The position numbers were made by a program, and so were the translations under genes. The notes beneath the pieces are model-generated. The model was not told where the DNA came from and searched no databases. It worked only from the letters and a program-made list of their open reading frames with translations. Source: Malacoraja senta (lineage: Eukaryota). From it: a stretch of DNA of 64,000 nt. The stretch is taken from contig JAXLNO010000455.1 in NCBI GenBank assembly GCA_038087875.1, positions 1-64,000 of the forward strand, in the 5' to 3' direction. Every line of letters begins with the position of its first letter. Position 1 is the stretch's first letter. Below are positions 1 to 11,600 of the stretch, piece after piece.

Positions 1-272
1 GTCCTGGCCGGTCCCGGCAGGAAAACGCCGCCCCAGTCTGCCTGTAGGCCGCGAGCAAGGGGCGATGATACGGCTCGGAGAAAAGCCGCATCTCCGACCA
101 GGTAGGTACTGAGAAAAATAGTTTCCCCCTTCCCCACCCCCCCCCACCCCCCACATAAAAAGACTAAAAGACCTCCAACACAAACACTTTTAACTAACTA
201 AAAATAAAAAGGGTGAAAAGACTAACAGCTGCTGGCAGGGCTGCCATACTCGACGCGCCCCCTACTGGACGG
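1..272 (-). mobile_element. Possible 5' end of an unclassified interspersed repeat (LINE 5'UTR-like), abutting a Penelope remnant
   Basis: GC/CpG-rich segment plus C- and A-runs, ending abruptly where Penelope-like sequence starts. No protein motif; the call rests on recalled resemblance only. Confidence 0.25.
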
Positions 273-460
273 TAAGACTGGTGGAAGAACTGGGAAGGGG
301 AAGAGGATGGAGAAAGATGGAAAGCAAGGGCTACTTGAAGTTAGAGAAGTCAATGTTCATACGCTGGTGTGTTAGCTACCCAAGAGAAATATGAGGTGCT
401 GTTCCTCCAATTCGCGCTGGGCCTCACTCTGACAATGGCGTAGGCACAGAACACCACGCT
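273..460 (-). mobile_element. Penelope-like element remnant (GIY-YIG endonuclease C-terminus and 3' flank)
   Basis: Minus strand reads LRHCQSEAQRELEEQHLIFLLGS and, after a frameshift, MNIDFSNFK* (360-331). This matches the typical C-terminus of vertebrate Penelope GIY-YIG domains. Confidence 0.75.
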
Positions 461-1830
461 CTGTGGTTGTCCTGATGGAGTGGCATAGTTTGGTGTAGTG
501 CTGATGGAGCAACACAATGTGGAGTAGTATTGATGGGGTGACACACTGTGGGGGTAGTACTGATGTATGACATATTCTGGAGTAGTTCTGATGGACGGAC
601 GCACTTTGGGGTAGTAGTGATGGAGTGACATACTGTGGGATAATACTGCTGAATGATAACCTGTCAGGTAGTTCTGATGGTGACACATTGTGGGGAGGTT
701 CTGATGGAGTAACAAATAGTGGGGTATAACTGATGGAGTGACACTGTGGAGTAGTGCTGATGGAGTTACACACTGTGGAGAAGTGCTGAAGTAGTCACAC
801 ACTGAGGTATTACGGATGGAATTACACACTGTGTAGTAGTACTGATGGGGTGACACACTGTGGGGTATTACTGATGGATTTACACACTGTGGAGCAGTCC
901 TGAAGGTGTCACACACTTTGGCGTATTACTGATGGAAAAGCACAGTGTGGGTTGGTTCTGATGGAGTGCTACTCTGTGGGGTAGTACTGATGGAGTAACT
1001 CTCTGCGAATCGACTCACTGAGAGGTCGTACTGATGGAGTGACATAATATGGGGTAGTACCGACGTAATGGCATTCAGGGGAGGAGTACTGATGGATTGA
1101 TACGCTGTAAGGCAGTACTGATGGAGTGACACACTGTGGGATATTACTGATGGAGTGACACACTGTGAGGTCGTAAGGAAGGATTGACACACTGTGGGCT
1201 AGCACTGATGTACTAACACATTGTGGGGTAGTACTGATGGAGTGTCACAAAGTAGAGTAATACAGATGGAGTGATACACAGTGGAATAGCACTGATGGAG
1301 TGTCACTGTGGAGTAGTACAGGTGTACATACTGATCGAGTGACGCACTGTGTGTAAGTACTGATGTAGTGGCATACTGTGGGATAGGACTGACGGGGAGG
1401 CACTGTGGCATAGCAATGATGGACTGACACTGTGTGACAGAGCTGATGGAGTGGCGCACTTTAGGGTAGTACTGATGGAGTGACAAACTTTGGGGTATTA
1501 CTGATGGACTGAAACACTGTGGGGAAGTACAGATGGACTGACATGCTGGGGAGCCTCACTGATGGAGTGACACAATTTGTGGTAGTACTGATGGAGTGAC
1601 ACACTGTGGAGTAGTCCTGATGTAGAGACAAACGTCGGGGGTGGTCCTGATGATGTGACACACTATGGGGTCGTACTGGGCCGACACACAGTGGAGTGGT
1701 GCTGATAGATACACTGTGGAGTAGTACTGATTGTGTGACACACTGTGGAGTAGTACTGATTGTGTGACACACTGTGGAGTAGTACTGATGGAGTGACATA
1801 ATCTGGGGTAGTACTTATGGTGACAGATTT
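461..1830. repeat. Degenerate 29-bp minisatellite, consensus ~GTAGTACTGATGGAGTGACACACTGTGG(A/G), roughly 45 copies
   Basis: Period of 29 is directly visible (GTAGTACTGA at 1721, 1750, 1779). Confidence 0.95.
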
Positions 1831-1949
1831 TCATATCGTTTCAAGGATTCTTTCCTTTAGTCAATATGATTGAAGACAGGGGTTCAGGAGATAATCGAAA
1901 CGCACTCACGAGGGCTAGTATGGAATTTGTGGGCCGAATGGATTCTTGA

Positions 1950-2090
1950 GCTGGCAGCTCAGAAACTCAGACCTGGCAGGCTGGCAGCTCAGAAACTTAG
2001 GCTGGTGGGCTGGCAGCTCAGAAACTCAGGCCTGGTGGGAAGGCAGCTCAGAAACTCAGGCCTGGTGGGCTGGCAGCTCAAAAACTGCCA
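1950..2090. repeat. 30-bp tandem repeat (CTGGCAGCTCAGAAACTCAGGCCTGGTGGG), about 4.5 copies
   Basis: Units start near 1951, 1981, 2010, 2040 and 2070. Confidence 0.9.
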
Positions 2091-2627
2091 GAAATTATTC
2101 TGAAAACAGGTGACAAAGTCTCTGCGAGAGAAAACGGGACAATCAATTTTAGACATTTTCATCTTTTTTACAGATGACAGCAATGAAAAAGGAAAGTCTA
2201 TCCTTGCGTGGATCTCTGGAGCGCTAGTATGGGTGTTGTGGGGTGAAGGGACTGTTTTCCAGAGGGCTAGTATGGACATTGTGGACTGAATGGAATCTTG
2301 GACTTGCAGTTCAGTGAGTCATGGCTGGTTGACTTGCAGTTCACTAAGTCATGACTGGTGGGCTGGTACTTCAGTCACTTAAAGCTGGTGTGGTGGCAGT
2401 TCACTCAGTTACCCACCTTCCTTCACCCCCAACTCTGCTCCTTACATTTCCCATCCCCCACGCATTCAGTCCATCTCCCCTCAACCTCACCCCATGCACT
2501 CTTAGTGGCTCTTTGACAGCGCAGCCATTCCTGCCTATTAGGTACCCATTGTGATGAAGAACACGCAGACATGGCAAGTGGAAAAAGGATGTATTAAATT
2601 TTAAAATGTGAATGAGTCTTAAAACAT

Positions 2628-2820
2628 TGCAAGTCCAACCTCATAGCACTCCAAGCAGAGTGCAGGCAACATGTCCCAACCTCATTGCACTCAAAGCAGT
2701 GTGCAGGCAGCAAGTCCAACCTGACAGCAAGCAGATTGCAGGCGGCAAATTCAACCTCACAGCACTCCACGCAGGGTGCGGGCAGCAATTCCAACCCCAC
2801 AGCACTCCAAGCACTCCAAC
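2628..2820. repeat. Degenerate ~40-bp tandem repeat (GCAAGTCCAACCTCACAGCACTCCAAGCAGTGTGCAGGCA-like)
   Basis: About five recurring (TC)CAACCTCA..GCA cores. Confidence 0.7.
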
Positions 2821-3243
2821 AGAGACATACACACAGAGACACACACACACAGACATACACACACAAACACACACTCAGAGACACACACACATATACACAC
2901 ACACAGAAACACACACACACACACACAGACACACACACAGAGGCACACACAGAGAGACACACACAGGGGCACACACACACAGGGACACACACACAGGGAC
3001 ACACGCACACATAAAGACACACACACATACACACACACAAACACAAAGACACACATAAACACATACAAACACAAATGCACACACATACACGCACACATAC
3101 ACACAAACACAAAGACACACACATACGCAAACACAAAGACACACAAACACATACACAAACAAATAGACACACTCTCACATACACACACACAAACAAAGAC
3201 ACACAAACACAGACACACACACAGACACACTCACACACAACAC
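2821..3243. repeat. Imperfect (CA)n microsatellite
   Basis: About 420 bp of CA/AC dinucleotides with interspersed GA and AA. Confidence 0.97.
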
Positions 3244-4231
3244 CAATACTAAAATGCCAAGTAACTTCAGAACGTGGTAAGCATACTGATTCCTGTTACT
3301 AACCATATACTCTTTGTAAGTAAATTGAAAATAAGAACACAGGTGTGTCTAAACCAAATGATTCAAATGTTTAAGGCATTTTTTATTCTGAAACTTACTC
3401 ATGCTGCTGCTGCTACTGCAAAAACGTGCTTTAAATAACTTTCAACAAACACACACACACTCACCATATGTATGGCAGTAAGCTCTCTTGAATTTATCAA
3501 ACGTTTCAGGGCGGCATCTCCACTTTGGCTCTTCCGCACTGAGCATCTGAACTCAAAGGAAATGACGCAATCAGTACCATCTCTCCACTAAGCGGAAGTC
3601 ACGGAATGAGCGAAAATTTTGCATTGAACACAGTCCTGATCTAATAAAACGTGTATTCACGGTTTTCTTTCCAAAAACAGTTGCACAGCAAGCCACATTT
3701 AAAATGCAAGCCACATTTAAAAAGCAAAACACATTTTAAAAATATAGGCACAGTTTAGCGACACAGCCAAATGGCAAACTTTTCAATTAGCTGCACAGTC
3801 AAAAGGCACGTAAAATATTTATTCTTTCCAAACACAGTTCCAAATAAACGACATAAAAGCACATAAAACCATGCACAGTTTAGTAGACATGTGTTGAGTG
3901 TTCAGTTTATTCACAGCTCAGACTGAGAGTCGTGACCTCTCCCTCCCTCATCTTGCAGTGATTGTGGCATGTCCACACTCCGGGTTTATACTCCCTCCAC
4001 CTCCCACCGGATGGGGCGTGGCCTTCATGGCGTGATTGACAGGAGAGAGAATCTCAACGTTTTTTAAACATGAATAAGTCTTTTATTTTTCATTGATGGG
4101 AAAAATCCTCTGGCCCTGACAGCTGGAGGGGGACTCTGAGTAAGATGGCCAAAAATCACAGCCGTAAGTCGTAGCGATTCTAAAATCAATATACAGTGCA
4201 AACAGGAAGTGGTCAAGATTTGACTATTAAT

Positions 4232-7080
4232 CACTTGCCTATGCATTTTCAAAGCAACCGCACTTGCCTTTGCATTTTCAAAGCAAACCACCTTATGCAT
4301 TTTCAAAGCAAACCACCATTTGCATTTTCGAAGCAAACCACCATTTGCATTTTCAAAGCAAATCTTTTGCATTTTCGAAGCAGACCTTTGCATTTCAAAG
4401 CAAACCTTTTGCATTTTCAAACAAACCACCTTTTGCATTTTCAAAGCAAATCACATTTGCATTTTCAAAGCAAATCACCTGTTACATTTACGAAGTAAAC
4501 GATTTGCATTTTCAAAGCAAACCACCATTTACATTTTCAAAGCAATCCTTTTGCATTTTCAAAGCAAACCTTTTGCATTTACAAATCAAACCTTTCGCAT
4601 TTCAAAGCGAACCACCTTTCGCATTTTCAAAGCAAACCACCATTTGCATTTTCGAAGCAAACCGCCATTTGCTTTTTCGAAGCAATCCGCCATTTGAATT
4701 TTCGAAGCACACCTTTTGCATTTCGAAGCAAACCTTTGCATTTTCAAAGCAAACATTTTGCATTTTCATAGCAAACCACCTTTTGCATTTTCAAAGCAAA
4801 CCACATTTTGCATTTTTAAAGCAAACCGTTTCATTTTCAAAGTAAAACCTTTTGCATTTTGAAAGAAAACCTTTTGCATTTTCATTGCAAACCACATTTT
4901 GCATTTTTAAAGCAAACCATCTTTTGCATTTTCAAAGCAAACCACCATTTGCATTTTCGAAGCAAACCGCCATTTGCATTTTCGAAGCTAACCGCTATTT
5001 GCATTTTCGAAGCAAACCGCCATTTGCATTTTCGAAGCAAAACTTTTGCATTTTGGAAGCAAACCACGTTTTGCATTTTCAAAGCAAACCTTTTGCATTT
5101 TCAAAGCAAAACACGCTTTGCATTTTTAAAGCCAACCTCCTTTTGCAATTTCAAATCAAACCTTTTGCAATTTCAAAGCAAACATATTGCATTTTCAAAT
5201 CAAACCTTTTGCATTTTCAAAGCAAACCTTTTGCATTTTCAAACCAAACAACCTTTTGCAATTCCAAACCAAATCACCATTAGCATTTTCAAACAAAATC
5301 ACTTTTGCATTTTCAAAGCAAACCACTTTTTTGCATTTTCAAAGCAAACCTTTTGCATTTTTAAACAAAACTACCATTTTCATTTTCAAACCACACCGCC
5401 ATTTTCATTTTCAAAACAAACCACCTTTTGCATTTTCACAGCAAAACTTTTGCATTTTCAAACCAAACCTTTTGCATTTCAAACGAAAACACTTTTTGCA
5501 TTTTTCAAACCAAACCTCCTTTTGCATGTTCAGAGCAAACCACCATTTGCATTTTCAAAGTAAACCTTTTGCATTTTCATAGCACACCACCTTTGCATTT
5601 TAAAGGCAAACCACCTTTTTGCATTTTCATTGCAAACCGCCTTTTGCATTTTTGAAACATCCGCCGTTTGCATAAAGCAAACCACCTTTTGCATTTTCAA
5701 AGCAAGCCTTTTACATTTTGAAACCAAACCTCCTTTTGTATTTTCAAATCAAACCTCCTTTTGCATTTTAAATCCAAACCTCCTTCTGCATTTCAAAGCA
5801 ATCCACCGTTTGCATAAAGCAAACCACCTTTTGCATTTTCAAAGCATACCTTTTGCATTTTCAAGCAAACCACTGTTTGCATAAAGCAAACCACCGTTTG
5901 CATTTTCACACCAAACCTTTTGCATTTTCAAACCAAACCACCATTTGCATTTAAAACCAAACCACCATTTGCATTTTCAAACCAAACCAGCATTTGCATT
6001 TTCAAACCAAACCAACCTTTGCATTTCAAAGCAAACTAATGTTTGCATTTTCAAAGCAAACCTTTTGCGTTCTCAAAGCAAACCTTTTCCATTTTCAAAC
6101 CAAACCAACTTTTGCATTTCCAAGCCAAACCACCATTTACATTTTCAAACAAAACCATCTTTTGCATTTTCAAAGCACACAACCTTTTGCATTTTCAAAG
6201 CTAACCTTTTGCATTTCAAACCAAATCACCATTTGCATTCTCAAAACAAACTAACTTTTGCATTTTCAAAGCAAACCTTTTGCATTCTGAATGCAAATCT
6301 TTTCCATTTTCAACCAAACCAACATTTGCATTTTCAAACAAAACCACCATTTGCATTTTCAAACCAAACCACCATTAGCATTTTCAAACGAAACCAGCTT
6401 TTGCATTTTCAAACCAAACCTCCTTTTTCATTTTCAAACCAGACCTCCTTTTGCATTTTCAAACCAAACCTCCTTTTGCATTTTCAAAGCAAACCACCTT
6501 TTTGAATTTTCAAAGCAAACCTTTTGCATTATCATAGCAAACCACCGTTTGCATTTTCATAGCAAACCACCTTTTGCATTTTCAAAGCTAAAAACACCTT
6601 TTTGCAATTTTAAAGTAAACCACCTTTTGCATTTTCAACGCAAACCACCTTTTGCATTTTCAAAACAAACCACCGTTTGCGTAAAGCAAAACACCTTTAC
6701 ATTTTCAAAGAAAACCTTTGCATTTTCAAAGCGAACCTTTTACATTTTCAAAGCAAACCTTTTGCTTTTTCAAACTAAACCACCATTTGTATTTTCAAAC
6801 CAAATCACCATTTGCATTTCCAAGCCAAACCACCATTTACATTTTCAAACCAAACCACCGTTTGCATTTCAAAGCAACCCACCTTTTGCATTTTCAAAGC
6901 AAACCTTTTGCATTTTCAAAGCAAACCTTTTGCATTTTCAAAGTTAACCTTTTGCATTTCAGAACCAAGTTACAATTTGCATACAAACCAAACACCATTT
7001 GCATTTTCAAACCAAACCATCTTTTGCATTCTCAAAGCAAACCAACTTTTGCATTTTCAAAGCAAACCTTTTGCATTCTC
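4232..7080. repeat. Satellite block 1: 25-bp monomer TTTTGCATTTTCAAA(G/C)CAAACCACC with 21-22-bp deletion variants
   Basis: Continuous head-to-tail array; the first monomers (4232-4290) are the most atypical. Confidence 0.98.
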
Positions 7081-7231
7081 TCTTTTTTATTTTTTCCATT
7101 TTATTTTATTAGATGTAAGTATAGTAACGTGGCACCAAGCTGCCTAATATATATTGACATGTTACATTTTATGTACAGCTTCGTATTTTTTTTTCTTTAA
7201 CAATAAAAGAGAAAAAGAAAGAATAGGTAAT

Positions 7232-7446
7232 TGTAATGAATATAATATAAATGGTGTTACCTGCCTCCAAGTTAAAGGGGGGCACTGTGATGTATGTAAT
7301 ATAATTAGCATATATTATGTCTTGTGCAAGGGGACGCATGCGCTGGGGGAGACTCAAGGTGGCGTCCTAAATTATAGAAGCTTGTCAGTTTACTCCTGTA
7401 TCTGAGAGTTCTTCTGAGTCAGTTCCAAGCACCAAAATACACTACA
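7232..7446 (+). repeat. 5' LTR (215 bp, TGTAATG...CACTACA)
   Basis: Direct repeat of 14377-14592; about 16 differences by hand count (~93% identity). Confidence 0.95.
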
Positions 7447-7448
7447 AT

Positions 7449-7466
7449 TGGCGTCGAGGATGGGAT
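7449..7466 (+). promoter_or_regulatory. Primer-binding site complementary to the 3' end of tRNA-Ser(GCT)
   Basis: TGGCGTCGAGGATGGGAT lies 2 nt after the LTR, with one mismatch to TGGCGACGAGGATGGGAT, the complement of the vertebrate tRNA-Ser(GCT) 3' end plus CCA. Confidence 0.85.
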
Positions 7467-7503
7467 AGAGTTTGTGTACTCACCCGCAGGACTGTTTTGC
7501 AAC

Positions 7504-7905
7504 ATGCAGGATTGTTTAACGGTTCAAACAGATGATATGGAGTTGTGTCACTGTTGTTTGCGAGCTGGACATGAGAGGCCTGCAGATCCCTCTATGCCGG
7601 GGACTATAATTTAAAACATCAGCTGTACAATTGTGCACGAGATTCCAAGTGTATGATCAAGAGTTTAACGGAGTTCCCATGGGTATGGCTCAAGTTTGCC
7701 GTTAACTGTCATTTCTGCGATGTTCCAAGTTCGTCTCCGAAGTTAACAAGTTCCTTTCCCGAGTTACTCTTGAGCCAACCTTCAGTGAATGTCTGCTTTA
7801 ATAAGCAACATCTCCATCCTGCGGCTTTGAGTTAAAGATAGAATTCAGCGCGGCCGCATCTATTGATGTGACCTACAAAGGGAAAATGCGCACCGTCCAG
7901 TGCCA
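7504..7905 (+). pseudogene. Degenerate gag zinc knuckle and aspartic protease remnant
   Basis: CHCCLRAGHERPAD fits CX2CX4HX4C with the last Cys lost. FNGVPMGM..LTVIS and IDVTYKGK..V resemble a Mag-type protease with the DTG site deleted. Frameshifted. Confidence 0.55.
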
Positions 7906-8419
7906 GAGCAGTTATACTGATGATTTGTTTGAAACACACATCACGTAGTTAGAAGACCAGCAGGCGGAGGTTTGCTATATTTTAATTGAATTTACTGCCA
8001 GGTCTACACACTGCGGGGAGACTGGAGATGAAATATTTGAATGTGCACGGATGCGCACATCAGATTGTTGGGAGACGGAGCTCAGGGTTCGTCTCCAGAG
8101 CTGCTTGAGTGCCCATGCGTGAGTTGACGTGGAGGGAGGTTGGGGGGTGGATCAGGTTAAAATCACCCATTTGACAGAGGCAGAGGATTACGAGGATCCA
8201 GCGAGACTCGGACTGCATGGAGAGCCGAGACTGCCCCGCTGGTGGCCAAGTTCCCCCTGTCTTCCGTCGCCGCTGCCAGCCGGCCGGGAGGAGCTGTGCA
8301 TGGAGCCCGCCACCGGAGTCGTGTCTGACTGCCTGGGCAGCCTGAGGGAGGCAGATGCACCCTGCCCGGGGAGAGGCCGCGGAGAGACTGCGGGGGGAGT
8401 ACCTCACTCTGATTGTGAT

Positions 8420-8508
8420 AGGGAGAGACAGAGGCGCAGACACACACACAATGTGGAGTTCGACTGACTGACTGACTGTGTGTGGGTGTGGGGGGTGGGA
8501 CAGAGAGA

Positions 8509-8548
<40 letters not shown>

Positions 8549-9250
8549 CAGCGTGGAGTACATTTAACTGTGTATGTGGGATAGAGAGACAGAGGCAGAC
8601 ACACACATAACGGGCAGTGTGTACCTCAGACTGTGTGTGTGTAGGGGAGAGAGACACACAGAGACAGTGTGGATCTCTGACTGTGTATGAAGGAGAGAGG
8701 GGGAGAGTGACACAGAGAGAGAGGCACAGAGGCAGCGTGGTGTACTTCGGCGTGACTGTGGGGGGGAGAGAAAGAGCGCACATGACCTCGGTCTATCTGT
8801 GTGTGTGGGAGGGAAGAGAGACTAAGCAGAATACATCGGTCTTATTGTGTGTGGGGGAGAAAGAGAGAGGTGGGGGGGAGAAAGAGAGAGGTGGGGGGGA
8901 AGAGAGAAATGGGGGGAGCCGTATATACACACAAAGCAGAGTTTTACTGTGTATGTGGGAGACACAGATGGACTTACACAGATGGACTTACCTCGGTCTT
9001 ACTGTGTGTGGGAGAGGGGGAGAAAGAGACGTACACTCACAGAGGCAGAGTCTCTCAGCCTGCGTGAGAGGCAGGGAGAGAGAGAGAAACACACACACAC
9101 AAGGTGGATGTGAAATCTCACCTGCCTGTTTCAGTGACTGGCACCCGCCGCTAGTGAATGAAGACACCACCATCTGTCTCCCCCTCCTCTCCCTCCATAC
9201 TCCACCCTCTCTCCTCCACCCCCCTCTCTCCACCAACCCCCCACTCCCCC
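8420..9250. repeat. GT/GA/CA microsatellite-rich low-complexity tract inside the LTR element
   Basis: Recurring CTGTGTGTG..GGGAGAGAG..ACACAC units, (CA)n at ~8509-8546 and a C-rich end. Confidence 0.85.
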
Positions 9251-9269
9251 CAATTTGGAAATGTCATCC

Positions 9270-9316
9270 CATCACCCATTCCTTCTCTCCAGAGATGCTG
9301 CTTGCCCGCTGAGTTA
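9270..9316 (+). mobile_element. Short Penelope-type terminal-repeat fragment
   Basis: CACCCATTCCTTCTCTCCAGAGATGCTGC..CCCGCTGAGTTA resembles a common elasmobranch Penelope-associated repeat (recognition only). Confidence 0.45.
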
Positions 9317-9620
9317 AAGAGTTCCCACGGTAGACTCACGAGTCACTAAGGTAAACGCACGGGCCACTGCGTTCTTACAACGTGTTTAAATGTTTCAAAT
9401 TTTAACCTCAAGAGTACATTTTACTCGTGGAAAAGTTTAAACATGTTTGAATTTTTCCAAGAGTTATGTCACGGGTACCTGCCGTTAGCACCAAGATTCG
9501 CTAAGTTGCGTCCACGAGTTCCGACGTTCCCGCTACGTTAATCGTACGTGATTACCACGAGTTAAATTTGTTTTAAGCTCGGGGTACCTCGTGGGTCAGC
9601 TCGCACCGTGAGACAGGGGT
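9317..9620. mobile_element. One-ended non-autonomous DNA transposon remnant (PIF/Harbinger-like)
   Basis: Ends in GTGAGACAGGGGT followed by TTA, like a Harbinger TIR with a TWA target. Internal CACGAG/CTCGTG motifs. The other end was not found. Confidence 0.4.
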
Positions 9621-9624
9621 TTAA

Positions 9625-10400
9625 GTGTCACCGAAGAACGCAGCCGAAAGCTGTAAGCCTAACCAGCAGGACAGCGACGGTGTCAACTTACCTGGAACGT
9701 TTTCCAGGGCCGTGCAGCCACGGCAAAGGGGCAGAAGAGGCCCAGCAGCCGCCACCGACTTCGGGAGAGTTCCAGGGCCGTTTACCGTGTAGGCCACGGA
9801 CAGGTCCGGTGACCGCCACCGACTTCGGACGTTTTCCAGGGCTGTGTAGCCCACAGCCAGGCACAGGAGCCGCCACCGACGTCGAGTGAGGGCCTAGTAT
9901 CGGGTAGGCCACGGACAGGTCCAGTGAAGCCACCGACGAAACGGAGTCAGCCCGGCCGGGAGAAGAGTCAGCCCGGTCGAGGGAGAAAGCCGGCCGCGTG
10001 CGAGGCAGACCGGCAGAGTTAAAAAAAATGGCCGTGAGAGAAACGGACCGTTAGTGAGGAGAAAAAGCCCGGTCGGGAATAGAGTCAGCCCGACTGTGAG
10101 CAGAAAAGCGGACAGGCCCGCGAGAGAAGCGGAGAGAAGCCGAGAGCCGTGAAAGCCCGGTCGCAAGGGACGGCCGAGAGCGGGGAAAGCCCGGACGTGA
10201 GAGGAAGTCCGGCCCCGAGCGAAGAGTGGGTCCGCGCGAGAAAAGCGGGACACAGCACTCAAGCACTTCAGCCGGTCGGGAGCAGAGTCAGCCCGGTCGG
10301 GGGAGAAAGCGGAGAAAGCCCGGTCCCGGGAGACGGCTGAAAGCAGAGAAAGCCCGGTCGCGGGAGACGGCCGAGAGTGGAGAAAGCCTGCCACGAGAGA
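9625..10400. repeat. CpG-rich degenerate tandem repeats inside the LTR element
   Basis: GCCACCGAC recurs about every 60 bp (9751-9937). GAGTCAGCCCG and AAAGCCCGGTC units recur across 9940-10390. Confidence 0.8.
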
Positions 10401-11021
10401 GGCACAGTCCCGTCGCTTGGAGCAGCGGGGACCAGCAGCAGAACCAGGAGCGACTTACCTTCTGCAGGGTGTCCACGGGAGCCAGCGACGAGCCAAGCAG
10501 CGGGTCCAGTGGAGCCAGCGGGCAGGCAAGTCAGCGGAGCAGCGGGAGTGGAATTGGCAGCGAGCCAGCGGCAGCAAAAGTGACGGTGAAGCCCGGGGGA
10601 GCCAGCAAAAGCAGTAAAGGTGGAGGTCCGGTGAGGCCATCATCAAAGGTACCAGTGGGGACAGCTCGAGAGGTCGAGGGATGCACCAGAGTCCTCAGGC
10701 CACAAGCTGGAGCTGTGAAATCCTTCATAATAAAAGCCCTCTGTGAATGAAATGCATGGGCACAGTAAAAGCAGGACTGTTTAAATGTAATGCATTGGTC
10801 ACTGTTATTAATAGTAAATCTGTGTGCATAGAAGGAATATGGTTTAAAATGTTCTAAATAGCTATTAACATGAAATGTTGGTTAATAGTATAAATCTATT
10901 ATTATAAGAATGAGTAATAGTCAGTGGGCTGGATCACTTCTTAGTGTGTAAAGGATTAAGTCTAGTGCAGAAAACATAGTGAGAGAACAGAATATAGTGC
11001 ACCTGAATAGCAACAGGTAGC

Positions 11022-11600
11022 ATGGCTTGGGTAGGAAACGTGCCCCAGATAGATTCTGGGTGTAATTTTGAGAAATGGACCGAAGTCTTGGAGGCTTGTT
11101 TCATTTCCAATGATATCGCTGCAAAGGAGAAGAGGAGAGCATGGTTCATATTAGGCTTAGCAAGAGAGGTTTATCAGACCTTACGTATGTTACTGCAGCC
11201 AGCAAAGCCCACAGATAAAATGTACGAGGAGTGTAAGGAGGCATTAATGGCTCATTTCTCGCCAAAACCTCCAAGGGCATCCAGAGGCAAGGAGCCTGAA
11301 CTAAAGAGGGCAGAGAGTCCCTCAAAGGACAAAAGTCAAGTGCAAAAGGACAAAGGTCAAGTGCAAAAGGACATAGGTCAAGTGCAAAAGGACAAAGGTC
11401 AAGTGCAAAAGGACAAAGGTCAAGTGCAAACGGACAAAGGTCAAGTGCAAAAGGACAAAGGTCAAGTGCAAAAGGACAAAGGTCAAGTGCAAAAGGACAA
11501 AGGTCAAGTGCAAAGGAACAAAGGTCAAGTGCAAAAGGATAAATGTCAAGTGCAAAGGGACAACGGGCAAATGCAAAGTGACAGAAGTCAAAGGCAATAG
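11022..11600 (+). CDS. 192-aa ORF: Gypsy/Mag Gag N-terminal domain fused to a 13x heptad repeat (first part of the chimeric frame)
   Basis: W.EVLEACFISNDI..EKRRA...YQTLRMLLQPAKPTDK.YEE..EALMAHFSPKP matches the K02A2.6-like Gag N-terminus. Strong Kozak context (AGCATGG). The frame continues past the TAG into IQ motifs. Confidence 0.75.
   Translation: MAWVGNVPQIDSGCNFEKWTEVLEACFISNDIAAKEKRRAWFILGLAREVYQTLRMLLQPAKPTDKMYEECKEALMAHFSPKPPRASRGKEPELKRAESPSKDKSQVQKDKGQVQKDIGQVQKDKGQVQKDKGQVQTDKGQVQKDKGQVQKDKGQVQKDKGQVQRNKGQVQKDKCQVQRDNGQMQSDRSQRQ
11325..11597 (+). repeat. 21-bp coding tandem repeat AAGGACAAAGGTCAAGTGCAA x13 (KDKGQVQ)
   Basis: 13 x 21 = 273 bp, ending exactly at the TAG at 11598. 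Confidence 0.97.

Noticed and set aside
350..1834. Minus-strand ORFs rich in S/T/P/H/C
   Set aside because: These are translations of the 29-bp minisatellite; only the Penelope part near 331-455 is real homology.
2594..3302. CV- and HT-rich ORFs
   Set aside because: Translations of the (CA)n microsatellite.
4232..7080. CRISPR-like appearance (short partly palindromic repeats)
   Set aside because: Monomers are head-to-tail with no unique spacers, there are no cas genes, and the context is eukaryotic.
8060..8783. ORFs over the GC-rich cargo (8129-8467 +, 8060-8563 -, 8163-8783 -)
   Set aside because: No recognisable domain; they are extended by microsatellite sequence.
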